Shown piece by piece: positions 1 to 8,729 of a DNA stretch of 64,000 nt. The DNA comes from Candidatus Gottesmanbacteria bacterium. Its GTDB lineage: Bacteria; Patescibacteriota; Microgenomatia; UBA10105; UBA927. The stretch is taken from assembly GCA_963714095.1 (NCBI GenBank), contig OY970230.1:959907-1023906 (forward strand), read 5' to 3'. Every line of letters starts with the position of its first letter. Within the stretch, counting starts at the first letter, position 1. The notes beneath the pieces were generated by a model that was given only the letters and a program-made list of their open reading frames with translations, was not told where the DNA came from and ran no database searches. A program made the translations under genes and the position numbers.

Positions 1-5
1 CAATT

Positions 6-548
6 ATGGACCTCACGGGTTGGTCACGGGAAAAAACGGTCGAGGAATTTCATAAACTCCATAAGGTGACGATACAAAGTGCAACGGCGGTTATTGCCAA
101 ACTCTGTCATATATCAATTCCCGAAGCCGCAGTTGCTTCCGAGAAACGGTTTGACCGGCGAGATTATGTCCATCGAGATGAGAAGCTGATTGCCATGTTT
201 CAACATCTTAAGAATTTCCGTCATTTCATACTTGCAAACGGTGTGAAGCAATATCACATAGAAACCCTTAAAGTATTAGGAATTGCGCCCGAGATATTTG
301 AAGAAATAGTCACCAGTGAAACAATTGGGGTTACCAAACCTGATGATAAGGGGTTCCGCTATATTATGAAAAAAACGGGATTACCGCCCGCGGCGCACCT
401 GATGGTCGGCGACAGGGAACTTGTGGATCTGGCGCCGGCAAAAAAGTTGGGTATGCACACATGTCTTGTATGGAACGAGACTAAGAGTGCGTTTGCGGAT
501 GTCACCCTGCCGACTGTCTACGACGTCGCAACATTATTTTCTGCCTAA
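6..548 (+). CDS. HAD-superfamily hydrolase (putative phosphatase/nucleotidase), 5' end probably cut by the window edge
   Basis: C-terminal HAD motifs (K..., GDxxxD in 'GVTKPDDKGF...HLMVGDRELVDL'). The ORF runs to the window edge and is the first gene of the nucleotide-kinase operon. Confidence 0.6.
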   Translation: MDLTGWSREKTVEEFHKLHKVTIQSATAVIAKLCHISIPEAAVASEKRFDRRDYVHRDEKLIAMFQHLKNFRHFILANGVKQYHIETLKVLGIAPEIFEEIVTSETIGVTKPDDKGFRYIMKKTGLPPAAHLMVGDRELVDLAPAKKLGMHTCLVWNETKSAFADVTLPTVYDVATLFSA

Positions 549-559
549 CGATTCATCGT

Positions 560-1036
560 ATGCATATTTCGTATCTAGAACAGGCGATTGCGCGATTGCG
601 CGACGGGGAGTTCGGTCCCGGGGATCCGCGGACAGCGAGTTTGTTTAGTACGTCCGGCGCGGCATTATCATTTGAAAATCGGCGGAAGATTTTAGAGATG
701 GAACTGGGAACGTTGAAGGATATTGAGCGACAAGAAGCGTTGGGTGAAAAACACCGCCGCGAGTTTTGGTCGGATTCGTTGAATCTTGCAGAAAAACTGA
801 ACGGTACGGTTCGTTTTGTTGCCGCATATGCCAATATCCCTCCCGAAAAAATTGCTGATACACTAGCAATTGTACAGGGAGAGGGGGCAACGGTTATTCG
901 GCTCGAAGATTCGTTATACCACTATCTTGAAATAGATATGCCGGGTCAGCCAGTTTATATTGCACCGAAAGCAATATTGCCTGAAACAAAGATACATCTT
1001 CTTAAAACGGTTGCCGGTCTCGGGATCAAGTACTAG
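560..1036 (+). CDS. hypothetical protein
   Basis: 158-aa ORF on the same strand, packed between the HAD gene and the tmk paralog. No family recognised. Confidence 0.45.
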   Translation: MHISYLEQAIARLRDGEFGPGDPRTASLFSTSGAALSFENRRKILEMELGTLKDIERQEALGEKHRREFWSDSLNLAEKLNGTVRFVAAYANIPPEKIADTLAIVQGEGATVIRLEDSLYHYLEIDMPGQPVYIAPKAILPETKIHLLKTVAGLGIKY

Positions 1037-1039
1037 TAT

Positions 1040-1591
1040 GTGCATATGAAACGGGGAAAACTTATCGTTTTTGAAGGCGTGAGCGGGACGGGAAAAGAGA
1101 CGCAGGCAAAAATGCTGCAAGCATTTTTGAAAAAAAAAGGCATAATTTCTCACATCGCATTTCATCCCTCGCCGGAATTGAAAAAAGACTTGAAAATGGC
1201 TACATCTGTGCAGCAGCAGATTGCACTCCTGGCTCGTGACAGACGCAACAGGGTACGGCACCTCATTCTTCCGGCACTGCGCCGCGGGGAATGGGTGATA
1301 AGTCTTCGTAATTATGTGAGCGCGTATGTCTATCAGGGGGACGGGTCGCTATTGCAAGCATTTGATCCGAAACCCGACTGGCTGTTTTATTTTGACATAG
1401 AACCGGAAATTTCAATGAAGAGAATTGTGTCACGGGGCGGTATCCGCGGAACTTATGAGACGATGACATTGTTAGATGAAAAACGAAAAAGATATAAAGA
1501 AGTACTCAAAACCATTCCGCATATTCCGATCGATGCATCGGAGAGCATTCTTTCGCTGCATAACAAAATCGTTTCCTATATACCGTTGTAA
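1040..1591 (+). CDS. dTMP-kinase-family paralog (divergent nucleoside-monophosphate kinase)
   Basis: P-loop 'LIVFEGVSGTGKETQ'. The 'YVYQGDG' and 'PDWLFYFDIEPE' segments align with tmk 'IAYQGYG' and 'PDLVILLDAPP'. It lacks the 'TREPGG' segment of canonical Tmk. Confidence 0.6.
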   Translation: MHMKRGKLIVFEGVSGTGKETQAKMLQAFLKKKGIISHIAFHPSPELKKDLKMATSVQQQIALLARDRRNRVRHLILPALRRGEWVISLRNYVSAYVYQGDGSLLQAFDPKPDWLFYFDIEPEISMKRIVSRGGIRGTYETMTLLDEKRKRYKEVLKTIPHIPIDASESILSLHNKIVSYIPL

Positions 1592-1641
1592 TATTTTTTC
1601 TTCTTGCACTTTATCCGGTTTTTCACTAGGATGATTTTTGT

Positions 1642-2286
1642 ATGAAGCGCGGATATTTTATTGTTTTTGAAGGCGGTGAAGGATCGGGAAAATCCGTTCA
1701 GGTTAAATTGCTTGCGGATTCCCTGCGGGATACGGGGAAGACAGTCGTTGTTACGCGTGAACCGGGCGGGACCCGCATCGGTGAACAAATCCGTGCGATC
1801 ACGCATAACACGGAAAATGTGGATTTGGATCCGGTTGCAGAGGCGTATCTTATGGCAGCATCGCGTGCCCAGCATGTCCGCGAAACGATTGCGCCAGCCC
1901 TTGAGGACGGAAAAATTGTCATTTCCGACCGGTTTGTGGACAGCAGTATTGCCTATCAGGGATACGGCAGAAATTTAGGAGCGAAGGAAATTGTAGCGTT
2001 AAATACATTGGCAGTCGACGGAGTAACACCGGATCTTGTTATTCTTCTGGATGCGCCGCCTACTGTGGGACTCGCGCGGCTGGAAAAAGAAGGCAAACGG
2101 AAAGACCGGATGGATATGCAGCAAAAAGATTTTTATGAACGCGTGCACGCGGGATATTTGGCTCTTGCAAAAAATAATCCGTCGCGGTATCTTGTCGTAG
2201 ATGCGACGAAACCGATTGAAGACGTTGCATTTTCTATTTGGAAAATTGTTACAAACGTTCTGAATAAACGAAATGGCAAAGACTAA
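1642..2286 (+). CDS. tmk: thymidylate kinase
   Basis: 'FIVFEGGEGSGKS', 'VTREPGGT', 'DRFVDSSIAYQG' and 'DLVILLDAPP' are canonical Tmk motifs. Confidence 0.9.
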   Translation: MKRGYFIVFEGGEGSGKSVQVKLLADSLRDTGKTVVVTREPGGTRIGEQIRAITHNTENVDLDPVAEAYLMAASRAQHVRETIAPALEDGKIVISDRFVDSSIAYQGYGRNLGAKEIVALNTLAVDGVTPDLVILLDAPPTVGLARLEKEGKRKDRMDMQQKDFYERVHAGYLALAKNNPSRYLVVDATKPIEDVAFSIWKIVTNVLNKRNGKD

Positions 2287-2860
2287 CCATCCAGGAAAGG
2301 GTAAGCTCACTGTTATTGCCGGCCCGATGTTTGCAGGCAAAACAACAAAACTCCTTACGCTCTTCAGTGTCCTTTCAAATTTGGGGTACAGCGTTCTCTG
2401 TTTTAAAGCGGAGGCAATGAGCAACGGCGGCATGGGACACACGAAATCTCATGACGAACGCCCGCTTCCGGTAATTTATATCGACATGAAAAAACCGGAA
2501 AAAATTTTGGAGTATGTCGGAGGTCAGGGAATTAAAAAGGTGATTATTGATGCCGTTCATTTTTTCCCGAAAATAGAATTCATCGCCGTTGTACAAAAAT
2601 TACTGACGCAGGGGATTGATGTGTATGTGAACGGACTTATTTATGATTACAGAAAAAAAGAATACGGTGCGACGAAGACTCTGATGAAGATGGCGGACGA
2701 ATGTATCGAGCAATTCAGTATCTGCGTTAAATGCGGAGGGAAAGCTGCCCACACTGAACGCATCGCCGGTCCCGCGCAGTTGTCCATCGGCACGACCGGC
2801 CCGGTTGCCGCAAAATATATAGCCGTCTGTGCCGCCTGCCACAAAATATATAAGGGATGA
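2273..2860 (+). CDS. tdk: thymidine kinase
   Basis: 'LTVIAGPMFAGKTT' P-loop, 'VIIDAVHFF' and a C-terminal CxxC...CxxC zinc ribbon are type II TK hallmarks. It overlaps tmk by 14 nt. Confidence 0.85.
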   Translation: MAKTNHPGKGKLTVIAGPMFAGKTTKLLTLFSVLSNLGYSVLCFKAEAMSNGGMGHTKSHDERPLPVIYIDMKKPEKILEYVGGQGIKKVIIDAVHFFPKIEFIAVVQKLLTQGIDVYVNGLIYDYRKKEYGATKTLMKMADECIEQFSICVKCGGKAAHTERIAGPAQLSIGTTGPVAAKYIAVCAACHKIYKG

Positions 2861-3722
2861 TAAATAAAGGACCGGACGGTCAGCAACTTCATTTTGAACA
2901 AAATTTCATTCTTATACCCGGTCCTTTCGGTGCCGGTAAAACACATACAGTTGGTTTGATTAATAATTTCTTTTTCGAGCATAATCTTTGGTACGGTAAA
3001 CCAGTTACGGATGCGGTGTATATAGAAGCTGCGCTTGAAGCAGATCACCGGTTTAACGAAGGCGTCAATCACATGCATGATAATCAGACGCGTCCGGAAA
3101 AACATGAACATTACCCGGGTGAGCCGAATTTACATTTTAGTGTGACAGGTCCGTACATTCCTCATTTTATGCATAAACATTTGTTTGAGGATTTGTCCCG
3201 TGGGTTTTTCGATAATTATTTGTTCCCGGTTGAATGGTCCGGCGGAGGGAATACAAATCCTGAAGGACATCCGGCATCGCACGCGGATTATTCATTTAAG
3301 ACTCAAGTAGAAGGAATGCAAAGCGGTATATATATGAAAGCGATTGGTTATCAAAAGTACTGCTCGTCATTCATCCACTTGTACCTGATGGTGGTGGTAG
3401 AGAGCAATTAAATGGTCGCCGTAAAGGAAGACGCGATCCTACACAAACCGAAATTGAATCAGGTATGGGCAGTTGGTGGATTCCAGATGCTGGCATGAAG
3501 ATAACAGGCCATAATGATTTTCCTGAGGTGATTCCGATTCTAGAAAATATGGGACTGGGAGGAAAAATTCACGTTATTCCTAATGACGGCGGAGAAGGAT
3601 ATGATAGGCAGCTTCGTAGAATTTTAGAAGAGAAAATCGGACCGATGTTGGACAAAGAAGGCCACCCATACTGGCCAGAAGGTAACCCACATACTTCAGC
3701 TCGCGAAAGGGATCGGCGATGA
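2857..3722 (+). pseudogene. novel P-loop NTPase paralog 1, disrupted by a +2 frameshift in a (TA)4 tract; fragments are 2857..3411 and 3465..3722
   Basis: Both fragments align colinearly to the intact paralog at 3719..4507: 'ADHRFNEGVNHMHDNQ' vs 'AHDHKFHEGRNHMHEGQ', and 'NDFPEVIPILENMGL' vs 'DDFPVFQHFLESHGV'. The frame switches at tatatatat (3327..3335). Removing one TA restores 'SGIYESDWVSKVLLVIHPL', which matches 'SGEFATEWVPRVLTVLHPS'. Confidence 0.7.
3327..3335 (+). repeat. (TA)4T dinucleotide tract at the frameshift point
   Basis: Read directly: 'ggtatatatatgaaag'. Dinucleotide repeats are classic slippage sites. Confidence 0.8.
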
Positions 3723-4507
3723 AAAATATCATTTTAGTCACCGGGCCGATTTCGGACGGGAAGTCATTTTTGATAACAGGTCTACGGGAGGAATTTGCGC
3801 GCCGTGGAATTCCGCAGTCGCTTGAGGTGATATCCGACGGTAAATTTTTACTGGATGCAGTCGCACATGACCATAAATTCCATGAAGGGCGCAATCACAT
3901 GCATGAAGGACAACAAATACCCACAGCACATTACCACGGCGACGGGTGGCAGAATAAATATGATTTTGTTGCAACGGGACGGGAAATACAGACATTTATG
4001 TTTGCCAATTTTTTTCGCCAGCTTGAATGGATTCGGGACTCTGGACAGATCGTTTTTGCAGAACTTGCGGGCGGTGATGGAGTGTATAAAAAAGACAATC
4101 CACTCGCGGCAAATGATTACTCATATGCCCGCATTGTCGATGGGTTGAATTCGGGTGAATTCGCTACGGAATGGGTACCCCGTGTTCTTACCGTTCTTCA
4201 TCCGTCGTCTGAATTTTCCGATCGGATTGCATGGAATAGGAATCGCCTCAGCCATCCGCCAACAGAAGATGAAATTATGGGGGGTCGCGCTTCGTGGGGA
4301 GTGCCTGAAATGGTTATGGGGAATACAGCTTACGATGATTTTCCCGTGTTTCAACATTTTTTGGAATCGCACGGCGTGAATCCATTCAATATCGAAACGA
4401 TTCACAATTCCGGCGGACCAGAATTGTACCAAGGTGCAATTGCTTCGTTGGAACGGCAGGGGATCGGGTTGCCCCCCGAACGACAAACAAGAGGAAAGGA
4501 GTTTTGA
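3719..4507 (+). CDS. novel P-loop NTPase/kinase-like protein, paralog 2 (intact) with a His-rich HxHKFHEGRNHMHEG motif
   Basis: Walker A 'LVTGPISDGKS' and Walker B-like 'IVFAELAGGDG'. The ATGA overlaps its neighbours on both sides. No known family recognised. Confidence 0.7.
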   Translation: MKNIILVTGPISDGKSFLITGLREEFARRGIPQSLEVISDGKFLLDAVAHDHKFHEGRNHMHEGQQIPTAHYHGDGWQNKYDFVATGREIQTFMFANFFRQLEWIRDSGQIVFAELAGGDGVYKKDNPLAANDYSYARIVDGLNSGEFATEWVPRVLTVLHPSSEFSDRIAWNRNRLSHPPTEDEIMGGRASWGVPEMVMGNTAYDDFPVFQHFLESHGVNPFNIETIHNSGGPELYQGAIASLERQGIGLPPERQTRGKEF

Positions 4508-5253
4508 TGAATATAAATACTATAGTTATTGCAGGAGCGCCTGCGTCAGGAAAATCAGTCGGAAAAGATATCATTTCAAATCAATTATCGCGTGATGGAT
4601 TTTATGTTATAGGAATGACAGACAGGATGGAATTAGAACGGGTCGTTGCAAACGAAATGCGCGGACGTGCACCTAATCCGAACGGATCAGTTGAAAGTGA
4701 AAATACAATTCTTCTTAACCCTTCGGCCGATCCAAAATTTTGGGGAATGGAATTTAAAACTGCGTGGGCACTCAATAGAGCGCATGAGGAGATGTTTGCG
4801 ACTATACGGGATTTAAGCCGTGAAAATGATCCGGGCAGGATTATTGTCGCAGAGATTGCATACGGCGAAGATGCTCCGTATCCCAGGGGTCCGCTTCGGC
4901 AATCGGCCGGGGAGTTTGTTGCCGCGTTTGTGAAACAGGGAATTTTACATCGTATGTTACTGTTGGATATACAGGCCTCTCATGAAACGCGTCGTGATTG
5001 GAATAAAAAGCGTACAGTTGGCCGTATCCCTTCAGAGGAATTTGATTTGTATTTTAAAGACGGAGGAGGATTCGGGAGTCAGGAAATACGGCTCCTCGGG
5101 GAGAGGTATCATTCTATTAAAAATGAAGGGATTACTCCTCGAGAATTCGCCAGTCTGCTGTATGGTGAGTATGATACATTTATTGTACCGGGAATTCGCG
5201 GGGAGGGGCAACGAACGAGCGAGGAATTTTTGAATCCCCGGACACGACGATGA
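4504..5253 (+). CDS. P-loop NTPase/kinase-like protein, divergent paralog 3
   Basis: Walker A 'IAGAPASGKS'. 'IVAEIAYGEDAPYPRGPL' aligns with 'VFAELAGGDGVYKKDNPL' of paralog 2. It is ATGA-coupled on both sides. Confidence 0.65.
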   Translation: MMNINTIVIAGAPASGKSVGKDIISNQLSRDGFYVIGMTDRMELERVVANEMRGRAPNPNGSVESENTILLNPSADPKFWGMEFKTAWALNRAHEEMFATIRDLSRENDPGRIIVAEIAYGEDAPYPRGPLRQSAGEFVAAFVKQGILHRMLLLDIQASHETRRDWNKKRTVGRIPSEEFDLYFKDGGGFGSQEIRLLGERYHSIKNEGITPREFASLLYGEYDTFIVPGIRGEGQRTSEEFLNPRTRR

Positions 5254-5840
5254 AAACAACAGTTTATCTAATTCGCCACGGGGCGTATGAAAACCCGAAG
5301 AAAATTTTGCACGCAAGGTTGCCGGGGTTTCCGTTATCCGCAGATGGCAAAAAGATGGCTGAGCGTATCGCGTCGTATTTATCACAAAAACCGATTGTTG
5401 CCGTATACAGCAGCCGTCTCTCTCGGGCCTATCAAACCGCGGAAATTATCGCAAAGAAGCATCATCTGCCGATAGTTACCGATCGCCGTCTTCTGGATAT
5501 CCGCACACCGCTGCAGGGGAAACCGAAGGCATATATTGACAGCATCGACTCGGAGTTTTATACAGAAGATCTTATCCGTGCCGGCGGGGAACGGCTGGAA
5601 GATGTATATACACGCATGGACAGGTTTATCCGTTCAAAAGTTCATTCCCATGCAGGACAATCGATCGTTGTCGTCTCCCACGGTGATCCAATTATGAGTA
5701 TTGCGACAAAATATGAAGGCAAACCCTTGCCGCGAAAATATTCGTTCAGGGAGTGGTATGTGCCGCAAGCGTCGGGATTCAAAATAGAGTTTGATGAAGA
5801 AACACGGAAAAAGAAGATTACTAAAATTCCGTTACCATGA
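5250..5840 (+). CDS. histidine phosphatase superfamily (phosphoglycerate-mutase-like) protein 1
   Basis: N-terminal 'LIRHGAYENP' carries the RHG catalytic motif. 'VVVSHGDPIMS' supplies the C-terminal His. Confidence 0.8.
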   Translation: MKTTVYLIRHGAYENPKKILHARLPGFPLSADGKKMAERIASYLSQKPIVAVYSSRLSRAYQTAEIIAKKHHLPIVTDRRLLDIRTPLQGKPKAYIDSIDSEFYTEDLIRAGGERLEDVYTRMDRFIRSKVHSHAGQSIVVVSHGDPIMSIATKYEGKPLPRKYSFREWYVPQASGFKIEFDEETRKKKITKIPLP

Positions 5841-6433
5841 AACAGACGACAGTGTACCTTATCCGCCACGGAGCATACGAAAATCCCAAACACGTAAACC
5901 CCGGCCGACTCCCCGGATTTCCGTTATCCGCTGAGGGGAAAAAACAAGCGTCCGTTTTGGCAGAATTATTTTCAAAAATACCTGTCAGCTCGATCTATGC
6001 AAGCCCGATCACGCGAACACTGGAAACTGCCACGATTATCGCGCAGAAACTTAATCTTTTGGTTGTGAGGGATGACCGTCTTTTGGAAGTACGGTCGCCG
6101 TTTAATGGAGCTCCGGTTGAGGTGGTAGATGCGCTTGCATATGCCGGTGAAATGTATACACCCAAATATTTTAAGCAGGGATTAGAACATATACCTCAAT
6201 TCTTCCGGCGTATGGATGACTGCTTGAAAGATATTGTTCAACGGGAGCAGGGGAAGCAGGTTGTTGTTGTATCCCACGGAGATCCGATGATGTCCGTGTG
6301 GTTCAGATATAACGGCCTTGACTGGTCGAAAGGGTTTGCACTTGGTAATTGGTTTGTCCCGATGGGAACCGGTTTTACAATAGTATTTGATACCAAAGGA
6401 AAGCCTCTACGTTTCACCAAATTTCCCGCTTGA
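5837..6433 (+). CDS. histidine phosphatase superfamily protein 2 (tandem paralog)
   Basis: 'LIRHGAYENPKH...VVVSHGDPMMS' is colinear with the preceding gene. It has an ATGA overlap. Confidence 0.8.
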   Translation: MKQTTVYLIRHGAYENPKHVNPGRLPGFPLSAEGKKQASVLAELFSKIPVSSIYASPITRTLETATIIAQKLNLLVVRDDRLLEVRSPFNGAPVEVVDALAYAGEMYTPKYFKQGLEHIPQFFRRMDDCLKDIVQREQGKQVVVVSHGDPMMSVWFRYNGLDWSKGFALGNWFVPMGTGFTIVFDTKGKPLRFTKFPA

Positions 6434-6594
6434 CACCGGTACTTTGTACCAGTAGACTGAAAAAAAGCGCAGTCAGATATAAATCTCAAGCGCCTTTTTC
6501 TTTTTTTCTCACGTAACGCCATCCGTCAGCTGACGGACGTAGGTCACCAAATGAAAAAACAGAAGCAGAAATATCGTAATAGTTTTATTTTTCC

Positions 6595-6617
6595 AAAGCC
6601 CCCTTGCGGGGTTTTTT
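6595..6617 (+). terminator. rho-independent terminator closing the kinase/phosphatase operon
   Basis: 'aaagcccccttgcggggtttttt' forms a GC stem (cccc/gggg) with a ttgc loop, followed by a T6 run. Confidence 0.6.
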
Positions 6618-6624
6618 GCGTTTT

Positions 6625-7476
6625 ATGGGGTTAGAGTCACAATATTATTTTCAGATCGTCACATCCAATCGTCAGCGTGCACTCGCAATTCAACAGGCGT
6701 TACCCGGCGGGAGGAGCGTTCATTTTTCCTTCAGTCCGGTGAACGAGGATTTGGCAAAGGGGATAGAGAGTGGCGACCATGTTTCTATTCCTGACGCACT
6801 CTCACACGTACAACACGTTGCAGAATATAAAGGTCAAAGGGATTTTGTTACCGTAGGAAACACAGAAGGAGCACTGGATCAACTTCTCTATATCGGAAAA
6901 CCACGGGAAGATGCGCAGGGGTTTCCTTATTTAGCACGCGTGACGATTGATTCCAGTCAATTAGTGTTTGAAGATCCTCATATTGTCCGTTTATTGCAGA
7001 AACCACTTGGGAGCGAATTATTACATCTGCCCGACAAATTGTCCGGCAGACGAACTGCGATTATTACCGCTATCACTCGGATTGTTGCTCCGCTTGAGGA
7101 ATCACTTGCGACTTCTAAACAGGATCTCATAGCTCATATGTCTACTGTGATCGTTATGACGAGTTATACGTTGCAGTCATTTACAAGACAACAATATAAA
7201 GATTTTGTGTTTGAGGTGGGCGGGCCCGAACGTATTCGAAATGTCGCCGGCGGATTGCCGTTTGCTGATAATCCATTTGTAGATACCAGAGAACCCTATG
7301 AGATTCGCATGGTCAATCCTCATAGTTACGGTGAACAGGTACTAGATAGGGGATGGAATTGGGAAGAATTGAATCGGAGTCAATGTGTGCACGGTGCATT
7401 TCCGGATGCATTGCAAAGTCTTTTAGTAGAACCGGGAGTTCCCCTCGCGCGTTCCGGTGATATATTTAAACGATGA
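6625..7476 (+). CDS. hypothetical protein
   Basis: The listed ORF starts at a TTG inside the terminator. The ATG at 6625 ('MGLESQYYF') is the more likely start. No family recognised. Confidence 0.45.
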   Translation: MGLESQYYFQIVTSNRQRALAIQQALPGGRSVHFSFSPVNEDLAKGIESGDHVSIPDALSHVQHVAEYKGQRDFVTVGNTEGALDQLLYIGKPREDAQGFPYLARVTIDSSQLVFEDPHIVRLLQKPLGSELLHLPDKLSGRRTAIITAITRIVAPLEESLATSKQDLIAHMSTVIVMTSYTLQSFTRQQYKDFVFEVGGPERIRNVAGGLPFADNPFVDTREPYEIRMVNPHSYGEQVLDRGWNWEELNRSQCVHGAFPDALQSLLVEPGVPLARSGDIFKR

Positions 7477-7499
7477 TGTTTTAGATCATCCCGACCGTC

Positions 7500-8270
7500 C
7501 TACTTCGTCTCATGTGAATCGGCGAGGTATGTAAAGAGTTTTTTAGTTGCCTCAGTTGCCTCAATTGGTCCGCCTTTTTGAGGAGGATTGAGGATGAGGA
7601 AATCCGCAACACTTCCGGCTTTCTTTATTTCTTTAGCGGCATTATGGATGCGCCATGCTGCTTCGTCTGGATTCCGTTGTTCAATTATTCTTTGAGCTAA
7701 ATCAACGAACGGCATTTGTGGCAAAATAAAAGCGACATGACTTTGAACTTCCGGGTGATTTTTTGCCAGCCATTTTATAATTTTAGGTAGTCCATTTTCT
7801 TCACCGCGCCAGACGACAATTTTGCTTCCACTGCGTAGTGACTTTTCCATTTCTTCTACTGTTGTTCCAAAAAGTCCGGCTTTTTCCGGCTGAAATTCGA
7901 TAAATGCCCCCTGTTGTTTGAGATCGGAAAATTGTTGTCCACTGACAAAACGGTGCTTTTCTCGTACCGCAGTATGTATTCGTTCTTCTCTGGTAGTGTG
8001 CGTAATAATGAGGTTATACATATTAGGAGGAAGACTTTGAAGTACAGTATCTTTTCCTGATGCAGAAGGCCCCATAAATGCGATGAGGTGTTGTTCATTT
8101 AATGGCGCAATATTCTTTATTCCCCAAATAAGTGGATGTATATGTGCGAGTTGGTGAAATTCCATGAAATCAGGATTGACCGTTGATAACATCTCCGGAC
8201 CCATTGGCATTTCAGCCGGGAAAGGAAGCTGTTTTAGTATGTCGCTGGCTAGTTCTGCACGCACGGTCAT
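7500..8270 (-). CDS. gmk: guanylate-kinase-family protein with a ~60-aa N-terminal extension
   Basis: 'IAFMGPSASGKDT' P-loop and 'ITHTTREER' (the HTTR motif). 'FIEFQPEKAGLFGTT' matches the E. coli Gmk 'FLEHAEVFGNYYGTS' segment, with 'AFILPQ' against 'IFILPPS' as a second anchor. Confidence 0.65.
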   Translation of the reverse strand: MTVRAELASDILKQLPFPAEMPMGPEMLSTVNPDFMEFHQLAHIHPLIWGIKNIAPLNEQHLIAFMGPSASGKDTVLQSLPPNMYNLIITHTTREERIHTAVREKHRFVSGQQFSDLKQQGAFIEFQPEKAGLFGTTVEEMEKSLRSGSKIVVWRGEENGLPKIIKWLAKNHPEVQSHVAFILPQMPFVDLAQRIIEQRNPDEAAWRIHNAAKEIKKAGSVADFLILNPPQKGGPIEATEATKKLFTYLADSHETK

Positions 8271-8331
8271 AAGAAGGGAATTATATCATTTTTAGCCTAT
8301 AATATCAATATTTCTTAAAAATAGCATAACT

Positions 8332-8340
8332 TGGTATAAT
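8332..8340 (+). promoter_or_regulatory. extended -10 promoter TGgTATAAT
   Basis: A TGnTATAAT consensus sits 12 nt before the ATG at 8353. Confidence 0.4.
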
Positions 8341-8352
8341 GTGAATCTTCTT

Positions 8353-8712
8353 ATGAAGAATAAAATAGAAGAAAACAGGATTCCGGATTATGAAGGCGGC
8401 CCGATATTACGTAAATATTTTGGGAACGGTGAACTGGGTGAATATTGTTTTCAACTAATTACGATACATCACATTGCATGTGATACCCTTGTGGGTCCCA
8501 ATGGAGAGTCTTGCGGAAAGCCTGCAATAGGCACGACGGAATATGATCTTGCAGGAGAGCTTATGATAAAGGGTCATTGTAGTATGGCACATCACAACGC
8601 AATAAAAACAGCTGTAGAGCAAGAATTGAAGGATCAAGGTGAAGGTCGAATGACTGCTTTTGGTATCAATGGATGGGGTAGAAGTTCTGGGAACTTGTTA
8701 TTCAGAAAATAA
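8353..8712 (+). CDS. hypothetical small Cys/His-rich protein
   Basis: ORF 8341..8712, using the ATG at 8353. It has several Cys and His residues (CDTLVGPNGESCGK...GHCSMAHHN). Confidence 0.4.
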   Translation: MKNKIEENRIPDYEGGPILRKYFGNGELGEYCFQLITIHHIACDTLVGPNGESCGKPAIGTTEYDLAGELMIKGHCSMAHHNAIKTAVEQELKDQGEGRMTAFGINGWGRSSGNLLFRK

Positions 8713-8729
8713 TTCCGTATGATAACCCC

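Noticed and set aside
7472-7490. Hairpin gatgat-gttttag-atcatc between convergent genes as a terminator
   Set aside because: The stem is short and AT-rich and has no flanking U-tract.
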